Shown piece after piece: positions 21,543-30,600 of a stretch of 64,000 nucleotides of DNA. The notes below the pieces were generated by a model. The model searched no databases, had not been told where the DNA came from, and saw only the letters and a list, made by a program, of their open reading frames with translations. Source of the stretch: Histomonas meleagridis 2922-C6/04-290x. Lineage: Eukaryota; Protista; Parabasalia. The DNA lies in contig JAANOX010000042.1 of NCBI GenBank assembly GCA_020184695.1, forward strand, positions 1-64,000, in the 5' to 3' direction. Numbering within the stretch: position 1 is the stretch's first letter; each line of letters opens with the position of its first letter. Made by a program: the position numbers and the translations under genes.

Positions 21543-21894
21543 CAATGCGATATAAAGAAAATATAATGTTTTCCAATATTAAGCTTTTGGATATTCTAAA
21601 ACGGATATTTTGAATTTTTTGTTTTTAATTTTTATGTAAATAATTTCTTTCTAAAATGATATCTTTAGTTAAATATGACCAAATCAAATTGTTTTATAAA
21701 GAAAAACAATGTTTCGAATAAAATGCAATTTAAAGAAATCAATTGTTGATCTTATTGTTAATATATTTGGATGTTTAAGATTTATTGAAGACATGATACC
21801 AATGAATATAACAAATATATGTCTACAAGTGATTAATTTTTTTATTTTAAGGATGAGAACGTTTATTGATATTTCACTTCCGAGATCAACAAAA

Positions 21895-23142
21895 ATGCTA
21901 AATTTCTTTTCTCGGAATGACAAAAACATATTCATTTGGGCAGGGGTTGTACAGGAAGGTGGAATTGTTTTACTTTATTCTAATAATGAAATTGATGAAA
22001 AAGATATCAAATCTTTATCACACTTTTTTTCTCCAATAAAGAGTCAAATATCCGGCCCGCTTGACTTTGTGTTTCGTTTTAGCTCGTCAAAAAATATTTT
22101 TTATAATGTTTTTTGCCTTCTTGATCAAACATCATTCCAACTAAAGGAATTGGATACAACCAAACAATCTATTATTTGTTTAGTTTCCAGGTACTATCTT
22201 AATGAAGTTTATAATGAAATTTTAAAAACAGTTCGTACTTTATTACTTAATTCAATTCCATCAGCCAAAAACTTCCTAAAAAGCATTGTCTCGGATCCGA
22301 TTTCAATTAACTTTATTCCTTCGCTAGGTGCAGCTTCCAGAAAAACAGATTTACAAGTTGCATCATTGTCAAAATCAATAGTTAACTCTTTTGACATGGG
22401 TGTTGTTCAGCGTCTAATAATTGCTCTATTAACAGATACTTCATTTATCATTGTATCATCCAATTTATCTGAATTAACTGGTTTTTGTTATTCTCTTGTA
22501 TCGTTAATATATCCTCTTCAATGGCATCATATTTTTATTCCAATTTTACCAAAGGAATACCTCATTACATTACAATCTCCAGCTCCTTTTATAGTTGGGA
22601 TTCATTCTAGCTTAGAGTCAGAAATCCAAGAATTGGAAATTATTGGTCATATTTATATTGATCTTGATAAACGAACCTTATCACAAAATAAGCTTGAGCC
22701 TTTGCCAAAGTGGATTACCAACCTCCCTTTTTCCTTAAAGACTGGTTCAATTCAAGAAATCAGAAAATTCATAATTAGCTTAATATGTACTGCAGTTGGC
22801 GTTCAACCAGCAAACTTATGGAAGGTAACAATAGGAAGGATCTTAAAAGGAGTAAAAGGAATCAAACAAAACTCATTCCCGAGTTTGCTTGTCGGCTCCC
22901 GTACATTGCGACCGTTTATGGACTCACTCAAAGAAAAAACGGTCCCCTCGGAGTACGTTAAGATGATTTCAATGGGGTGCACAAGTCAGATCACATCACC
23001 TGCTTTCCAAAGTGTTTATGAGTTTCCATTGATAAATAAAAGAAAAAGAATTCCAATGAGATCACAGTCAAGCTCATTCACGGAAGCAAAGGCTGTAAAC
23101 TCACAATCTTCAAATACTGATGAAGCAGAATTCAGTATTTGA
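21895..23142 (+). CDS. DENN (Rab-GEF) domain protein
   Basis: LIYPLQWHHIFIPILP and LQSPAPFIVGI. The likely ATG is 21895, downstream of initiator TCACTT. Confidence 0.9.
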   Translation: MLNFFSRNDKNIFIWAGVVQEGGIVLLYSNNEIDEKDIKSLSHFFSPIKSQISGPLDFVFRFSSSKNIFYNVFCLLDQTSFQLKELDTTKQSIICLVSRYYLNEVYNEILKTVRTLLLNSIPSAKNFLKSIVSDPISINFIPSLGAASRKTDLQVASLSKSIVNSFDMGVVQRLIIALLTDTSFIIVSSNLSELTGFCYSLVSLIYPLQWHHIFIPILPKEYLITLQSPAPFIVGIHSSLESEIQELEIIGHIYIDLDKRTLSQNKLEPLPKWITNLPFSLKTGSIQEIRKFIISLICTAVGVQPANLWKVTIGRILKGVKGIKQNSFPSLLVGSRTLRPFMDSLKEKTVPSEYVKMISMGCTSQITSPAFQSVYEFPLINKRKRIPMRSQSSSFTEAKAVNSQSSNTDEAEFSI

Positions 23143-23383
23143 TTCATATAAGAATCGGAATTTTTTTTGTAATTAAATAATTGCTATCCAACAAAATTTC
23201 TTTTTTAATATGATTTGGAATTTAATTAATAGAAGTTACAATTCAAAATTTTTTATATAGGATAATGATCTAAAATAGTTACAAATCGAAACAATAAGTC
23301 TTAATTAAATTAAAATAAAAGATAACACCAAAAATCCAAAAAAAATTGCTGATTTCAAGGCCAAACAAACCTTCAGAAAACAG

Positions 23384-23398
23384 AGCGGTTTATCCTTT
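23384..23398 (+). promoter_or_regulatory. M3 plus M5 core promoter of Ubl-S27a
   Basis: AGCGGTT-TAT-CCTTT-CTG-ATG. Confidence 0.75.
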
Positions 23399-23401
23399 CT
23401 G

Positions 23402-23830
23402 ATGCAGTTGTTCATTAAGACACGCGATGGGAAGCAAATCTGTTTAAATATTGAATCAGAAAACAGGATTGAAGAAATCAAGGCTATGATTCAAACAGAT
23501 GGCTTTCTCGTCTTTGGAGGTAAAGAATTAGAAGATGGATTTTCACTTCAAGATTATGAAATTGAAGAAGACTCTGTTCTTTATGATATCCCAGAATGTG
23601 ATGGTGGTAAAAAGAAGAAGAGGAAGAAGAAGAGCTTCACAACAAAGAAGAGGGTTCCACATACCCGCAAGAAGGAAAAGATGAAGCTCCTCAAATTGTT
23701 CAAGATTGGTAAGGATGGATCTGTTGAACCACAACGTAAAGAATGTGAAAACTGCAAGGGATGCTTCATGGCCAAGCATAAAGATGGTCGTCTTTATTGC
23801 GGAAACTGCCACTTAACAATCACAAAATAA
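23402..23830 (+). CDS. RPS27A: Ubiquitin-like domain fused to 40S ribosomal protein S27a (eS31)
   Basis: Ubiquitin-like N-terminus ending in GG, then KKKKRKKKSFTTKKRVPH and a C4 finger (CENC...YCGNC). Confidence 0.93.
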   Translation: MQLFIKTRDGKQICLNIESENRIEEIKAMIQTDGFLVFGGKELEDGFSLQDYEIEEDSVLYDIPECDGGKKKKRKKKSFTTKKRVPHTRKKEKMKLLKLFKIGKDGSVEPQRKECENCKGCFMAKHKDGRLYCGNCHLTITK

Positions 23831-24043
23831 ACAACGCAAGACTTACTATACATTTTAACTTTCATGTTACTCCTCTTAGGAATTCATATGAATTTTAACG
23901 GTGGATGAACTTTGACGCTAAAAATGTTCAAACAAACACAGTCAATTTATTTTTTCTGAACCCACAGCGATTTGGCGTCAAATGCCAAAAATTGAATGCA
24001 CGCAAAGTGTCAAATGACTTCGAACTGACTTTAAATCACAAAT

Positions 24044-25297
24044 ATGTTTGCTCTTCTCTTGATAAACACATTAAGTTATATCGAGCCAATCGAGATCCCA
24101 GAAGGTCTCTCCAATGCTGATGCATGCTCAATCTGCAAGACAGTTGTTGGTGGAATCACATCATTCATGGGTAGCTCACAAGTTCAATCTGTCATCAAAC
24201 AATTAGCACTTGGTCTTTGCAACAAATTCTCTGGTTCAGGCAATGCTCTTTGCAAGACAATCGTTAACAAACTTCCAACAATCATCTCATATGCTTCCAA
24301 AGGACTTTCCAAGGCAAATATCTGCAACAAGCTTGGCCTCTGCAAGTCCAACGATGACGATGAAATCGAATACATTGAAGTTCCAGAAGGTCTTGAAAAT
24401 GGCATTGGCTGCTCAATCTGCAAGCACCTTGCTTCCACAGTTGCTCAAATCCTTACAGAAACAGAAGCCGAATCCAAAGTTCTTGAACAAGCCCAAAAGC
24501 TCTGTGCTAAATTCCCCAAGATCGGTCGTGAATTCTGCAATTCAATTGTTTCCAAGTACATTCCAAAGATCATGGAATACATCATCTCAGGCCTTACCTC
24601 ATCCGAAGTTTGCAACAAGCTCAAACTTTGCTCATCCAATGATGATGAAAATGATGATGCATATCTCGAACTTTATCTTGAAATGGACGAAGATGACTAT
24701 GTCACCGAAATCGAACTTCCATTAGGTCTTTCCAACGCAGACAACTGTGCCATCTGCAAGAAGGCTGTCGGATTTGTCTCAGCAGCAATGAAGAACAGCA
24801 TTGTCCAAGCAATCGTTAAGGCAGCAGCCACAGCAGCATGCGGTGCTATCACTAGCGGTGTTGGCGCAGCTCTTTGCAAGACAATCGTTGGCGCATCTGT
24901 TGGTCCAATCATGACATGGCTCGGCCAAAAGCTTTCACAATCAAAGATCTGCTCCAAACTCGGCTACTGCAAGGGTAACGATGTCGAAGAACTCGACTTC
25001 GAAGTTGAAGAAGAAGACGATGACGAATTAATCTACATCGAAATCCCAGAAGGATTAGACAACGCATCCGCTTGCTCAATCTGCAAGACAGTCGTCAGTG
25101 GCGTCGTCTCAATCATGAAGAACACTAAGGTTACATCACAAATCGCTAAGTTAGCTGCTAACCTTTGCAACAAGGTTCCAACACTTGCACAAGGCATCTG
25201 CAAGCAACTCGTCGGAAGCGCCCTCCCAAGCCTCATCAAATGGATCGGAAACGGACTTTCTAACCTTAACGTTTGCAAGAAGGTTCACCTTTGCTAA
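24044..25297 (+). CDS. Secreted saposin-like (SAPLIP) polyprotein with four SapB domains
   Basis: Signal peptide; four 6-Cys saposin patterns (CxxC...C...C...C...C) separated by acidic linkers; strong C-ending codon bias. Confidence 0.93.
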   Translation: MFALLLINTLSYIEPIEIPEGLSNADACSICKTVVGGITSFMGSSQVQSVIKQLALGLCNKFSGSGNALCKTIVNKLPTIISYASKGLSKANICNKLGLCKSNDDDEIEYIEVPEGLENGIGCSICKHLASTVAQILTETEAESKVLEQAQKLCAKFPKIGREFCNSIVSKYIPKIMEYIISGLTSSEVCNKLKLCSSNDDENDDAYLELYLEMDEDDYVTEIELPLGLSNADNCAICKKAVGFVSAAMKNSIVQAIVKAAATAACGAITSGVGAALCKTIVGASVGPIMTWLGQKLSQSKICSKLGYCKGNDVEELDFEVEEEDDDELIYIEIPEGLDNASACSICKTVVSGVVSIMKNTKVTSQIAKLAANLCNKVPTLAQGICKQLVGSALPSLIKWIGNGLSNLNVCKKVHLC

Positions 25298-25552
25298 ATT
25301 AGTAAACTTCTCGTAAGCTGAAAATAATGAATTTTATTTAGTGAATAATAAATTATTTTTGATCAAAAACCAGATAAAATTATTTTCTTACACATGTGTA
25401 ATAATTCTCAGAAGTCAACATCGATATATCTGATGGTTTTGAAATTGATAATTATTCATATCGACAAAGCTAAAAAATTTGATTAAAATCAATAATAAAA
25501 AAATTTAAAAGAAGTTATCATAAAATGGTTTTAAGTAATCCAATTTTTGGAA

Positions 25553-26164
25553 TTATTGGGGAATGTAATATGCATTTTGAACCTGAATAACTTGATCCCT
25601 ATCAAGAAGGATATTAAGAATAGGAGAGTACTTCGGATTATTGCCAAAGACTGCGTTTATTACTTGATCTGTCCATATTCTTCGATCCATTTTTTGGCGG
25701 AAACATAATAAAACTTCTTCAGATGTCAGCTCACGCATTTTATAAAAAACAAGGATTTCTTTGGGAACAGCAAGATTTTGTGTTGACGGATGCATTTTTT
25801 GTATTGGTTTGAGATCTTGGTCAAAACTCTTATTTGAATAAAGAGGAGCAGCTACATAAAGAACATTAAGGATAGTTTGAAGTTCAGCAGGTAAATTGCC
25901 TTTTTTGGTTTTGCAAATAAGTTCACGATTAGAAATAACTTCTCGAATATATTTTTCGAGCATTTCGGCACCGCGAAAAGAAATTTCAAGTTGAGCATAT
26001 TGCTCTATAAGTCCAGGAATTGGAGCAAGCAATTTTTTCTCAAGATTTGCTAATGCGGTTCTATATGATGCATCACGCCCAGAAGCTCTTGTCTTCTTTA
26101 ATCCAGCAAATGTTGAAGCATGAATTTGTAATTTAATTTGGATCTGTGTTGGATTGTAGCTCAT
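25553..26164 (-). CDS. IST1-like (regulator of Vps4, ESCRT-III-related) protein
   Basis: Helical N-terminus; AEMLEKY and LPAELQTILNVLYVAAP correspond to the IST1 segments MEILELY and LIWAAP. Confidence 0.65.
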   Translation of the reverse strand: MSYNPTQIQIKLQIHASTFAGLKKTRASGRDASYRTALANLEKKLLAPIPGLIEQYAQLEISFRGAEMLEKYIREVISNRELICKTKKGNLPAELQTILNVLYVAAPLYSNKSFDQDLKPIQKMHPSTQNLAVPKEILVFYKMRELTSEEVLLCFRQKMDRRIWTDQVINAVFGNNPKYSPILNILLDRDQVIQVQNAYYIPQ

Positions 26165-26261
26165 TAAAATTTGCCAAATTCAACCTAAAATCCAGCGGTT
26201 TTACAACCGGAAATGCATATTTTTATTTTTATAAAAAATTTTATATTTATAACTTTCGAAT

Positions 26262-26333
26262 GGGTGTGTAGCTCAGTGGTAGAGCGTATCTTTCGCATAG
26301 ATAAGGCCAGGGGTCCGATTCCCTTTACATCCA
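26262..26333 (+). tRNA. tRNA-Ala(CGC)
   Basis: 72-nt cloverleaf with G3:U70, anticodon arm TATCT-TTCGCAT-AGATA and a downstream T-run. The T-loop has C55. Confidence 0.9.
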
Positions 26334-26389
26334 AATTTTTTCTTTTTTGCATATTTTTTAACGGTCTACAAAATCCGTTTTTAATCCAA

Positions 26390-27454
26390 ATGAGTACACC
26401 AAATTATTCATACAGAGCTGATGCAAGGCCAATACAAGAACGGCCAAAATATCGTGAACAGGATGAACAAAATGAACGAAAATTTCGTAATATAACAGTT
26501 GATCCACGTGTTTATCATGGTTCAACCTATGAAAAACGAAATCGATATACAGAACAAATTACCAGAATACCATCAACAGCTACAAAATCAAGAAACAAAA
26601 CAGCATCTAAAACAACTGAAGTACCAACTCGTGAAGGATTTTCAGATTCTTTTGCGCAAACAGATGAATTCGATGGCACTGTTGTTATTGAGAAGAACGA
26701 AGTTAGCGTCTCTGTTCAAACCGACCCATATGTTGAAAAACCAATAATCCATCAAAAGCCAGCACCACTTCGTGCTGTTGGCGTCCGTACAAATGTCCCC
26801 AGCACAGAACTTTTTAACTTTGATATTCAAGTACGGCCTATTGTTGCCACGCTGGTCCAAAAAGCGCTTTCACAAGCCGTAATGGAATTTTCAGAAGAAG
26901 AAGAACTTGCTAATATGCGTCGATATCTTAAAGCATATGCTCAAACAGACAAAAAAGAGAAGGAATCGATTGCACGTATTGAAGCTGCGGAAGAACGAAA
27001 ATTCCAAGAAAAAGAACGTATATTACAAGAAAGACTTAAAATCGAAAAAGCTCAACATGAATTACGTTCGAAAGTTTCTGCACTTGGATATGCTGAATTT
27101 TTCATTTGGGATATCGAAAAAGATGTTATGAAACATTTGAACGATAATGGTTATTTCTATGATGAGAATGAAAAGGAGATTAAAGATAATTTCCTTGTTT
27201 GGTTAACAGATAAAATTGTTGAAGAAATACGAAAGCCTCCAATTGAAGATGAATATATTAAATGTGTTATGAACAATGTAATGAAATTAGAAAATCAAAA
27301 AATGAATGAAGAAAGAATTAATGAAAAAATTGGTAGTGATAGAAATGAAATTAATAAGTTAAGAAGTCAAAGGAAAATGATATCAGAAGATTTCGTAGCA
27401 CATAAAATAAGAGAAGTTAAAAATTCTAAAAAGAAAAAAAATGAAAATGAATAG
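26390..27454 (+). CDS. RSPH3: Radial spoke protein 3
   Basis: NITVDPRVYHGSTY, VQTDPY, ELFNFDIQVRPIVATLVQKALSQAVMEFSEEEELANM. True ATG is 26390. Confidence 0.9.
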   Translation: MSTPNYSYRADARPIQERPKYREQDEQNERKFRNITVDPRVYHGSTYEKRNRYTEQITRIPSTATKSRNKTASKTTEVPTREGFSDSFAQTDEFDGTVVIEKNEVSVSVQTDPYVEKPIIHQKPAPLRAVGVRTNVPSTELFNFDIQVRPIVATLVQKALSQAVMEFSEEEELANMRRYLKAYAQTDKKEKESIARIEAAEERKFQEKERILQERLKIEKAQHELRSKVSALGYAEFFIWDIEKDVMKHLNDNGYFYDENEKEIKDNFLVWLTDKIVEEIRKPPIEDEYIKCVMNNVMKLENQKMNEERINEKIGSDRNEINKLRSQRKMISEDFVAHKIREVKNSKKKKNENE

Positions 27455-27657
27455 AAAGCAAACAAAAAAAAATTGTTTTTCATAAAATTTGGCGAATTTC
27501 ATATTTATTATTTTGTAATAAAATTTAATATTTTCAAAATGTTTTTATTTTTTATTAATAAGAAAATTGATTGTTTTATTAAAATATTAAAAATAGAAAA
27601 AAAAAATTGACATTTTTAGTAATTGACTAGGTTTGTTAGGCATTATAATTTTCCAAT

Positions 27658-30600
27658 ATGCAAAAAATCCAAGAGTTCTATGATACAAGTTCACCAACTC
27701 AAGAAATGCTTGAAGAAACTTGGGATATTGTTGGGTCGTTGGATGTGAACTCTATTACACCAGAAGCTTTTTCTAAGATCACAATATTTTGGTCTGAAGT
27801 TGTTGGTTTACTTCAATTCCCATCAAAAAAGTTCTACACAGTAAAAGTTATGTCATCTATTATTCGCGCTTCTCAAATTGCCATAATGTTATGTAAAAAA
27901 TCACATGAACTTGGACAAAAGACAACAAAACCAATTGAGTCACTTCTTGAAATAAGCTGTGATGATATGTTTCAAGAGAGTGAACATGTAGATTTTCCTT
28001 TATCTGAAATTAATGATATTAACTCTTCCATTCAGTTTATTCAAATTGTACAGAAAAAGCTTGAATGTGGTATACCATCCATATCCGATGTCATATTATT
28101 ATCTTTATATTTTTCTATTAAATTTAATAATTTTACTGAAGATCCAGAAATAATCCAAATTATCAATGAAAAAACATCTATTGAATGCCCTGAAAAAGCG
28201 CCGACATTTACAGGAGATTTCAGTGTATTTAAAACCAAGATTAATCCATTTCATTATTTATTTGTTCGCTCACTTTTTGAGGAAATAACTGGTCAGTCGG
28301 TTATTCCTCTAATTGAAAACGATGAACTTATTGATAAAATGATTACTTCCGAATATAATCCTCAATATCCATATGTTTTTATCTATTACAAATCTTCTCC
28401 CGTTAATGTTTTTGAGCATGTTTTAGAGAATTCAATTGATTATCGAGTTGTCATTTTATTATCATTATCACATTTAATCGAATATGCTGATCCATATTTA
28501 ACCACAAATTGTATTTCCACCGAAATTAATCCAACACTAGCTTTAACTTATGTATTTTCACAAGATCGTGTTGCAAAATGTGCTCAAAACTTTTTAGATA
28601 ATTTAATGGAAAATGAGTTACCAAAAGATTGGAAAGATGAAATTTCATTTATAACGAATACAATTAAGTTACCCAAATCGATGAAGACATTGTTATTCCA
28701 ATTATCTGTTGGTGATGAATCATCGATTATTGAATTACTTAATTTTCCACAATGTATTGAATACATTGATCCAAAGAAGTCGGAAAAGATTAATATTCTT
28801 TATCATATCTTAAGCAAAGATATCATTGATTTTGATATAACGAAAGTTAATGTTATTAATGCAATTGAAATGTGGAAAATGATACAACAAAACAAAGAAA
28901 TTAATTATGAAAAAGTTTTGGAAGTTTTAGAAGAAGATTTAAATAATCGAACAAATGAAGAACTTAAAAATGATAAAATTAAAATTGCTGCAATTAAATT
29001 CGGTTGTTTCCAACATAATAAATTAACAACAAATTATTATGATAATATACCAAAAGTATTTTTAACAAATTTCATTTCTAAATTTTTGGTAATTAATTTA
29101 AACTTAATAATTATATTACATTATCCTAAAATCGAATTAAATGAAAAAATTAAAAACATTTTACAAAATTTCGTTTCACATTTTTATATTTCAGAAGAAA
29201 ACAAAAAATTAATTAATGAAAAATTCCAAATTAAATTTGATATTAATTTAGCATTTAAATCATTTAATGAAATTTATTTAAATATTACAAAAGAAATAGA
29301 ATTAACAAAGTTATTAACATCATTTATACCATTATTCAAATATAATGAATTTGTAATCTCATGTATTAAATCATTTGTTACTAAAAAAGATGAAAAAGCA
29401 TTTGATATATTATTTAGTAGTAATTTACCTATTAATATAATTGCAGAAATGGAAAAATCATTAACGAAAGATGAATTATTTGAAATCTTTTTAAGATATA
29501 CATCAACAGTTACATCACTTACATATATAAATCATTTATTAACTAATAAAGATAATGAGAATTTAATATATAGTAAAATTGGTGATTATTGTATAGAAAG
29601 GCCTAAAGAAATGATGTTATTAATCGCAAAGTTATCACCAAATAATGAACAAATTCAAACAATCATTAAATCAATTATTAAATTTAAAGAATTTGTATCA
29701 AATGATTTAATTGAATTATTATTATATTTAACTAATAATCATAAGAATATTAAATATGAACATTGTAAATGTAAACATAAAAATACAATTTCATATGAAT
29801 GGAAAGAAGATCTTAATGAAAAGAATCAAAACGAAGATGATGTTATTAATAAAGAATTCACAGGTACAATTAATCCTTATGAAGAAGAAGAACAAGTTAA
29901 AGAATGTACATATGTTAAAACAGGAGAGAAATTTATCATTCAGCCATGGTTCCGTTGTTATACATGTGGATTAAAAGGTAATACAGGATGTTGTTTAGCA
30001 TGTGCACAATTATGTCATAAAGATCATCAATTAGTATTTGCAGAAAATAGTTCATTTTTCTGTGATTGTTTTAATTCTCCATATTGTAAATTAAATAAAA
30101 ATAATAAAAATATAAATCAAAAAAGTAATGAACCAGAAAAATCTAAATTAGAAATAACTAATGAAGAAACTTTACAATTATTTTATAAAACAATTGAATC
30201 AAATATTAATAATGATAACAAAAATGTTAAAGAAGATTTAATGAAACGATTTAATCAATATTTTTCGACATTAAAAACATGTGATACAATTAGTTCACAA
30301 TTTATGTTTGAAAAAATCAAAAAAGAAAAAGAATTTCCGAATCAAAATAATTTGTTTTCTTCATTATCAACTGTATTTGAAGGAGATTTATCATTATTAG
30401 TTCGAAGATGTACAATTTCACCTATTATATTAACATGTGTAACTAATAATTATTTAATATTTTCTGATGGTACTAATTTATATAGTTATTCATTACTTAA
30501 TTTTGATTTAATTAATACATATAAATTAACTTCTCCAATATTACAATTACAAACTTCACCAAATAATAATAAGAAATTTGCTGCTTGTTCACCGAAAACT

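Noticed and set aside
26213-26389. Track's 59-codon N-terminal extension of RSP3
   Set aside because: It runs through the tRNA-Ala gene; homology starts at ATG 26390.
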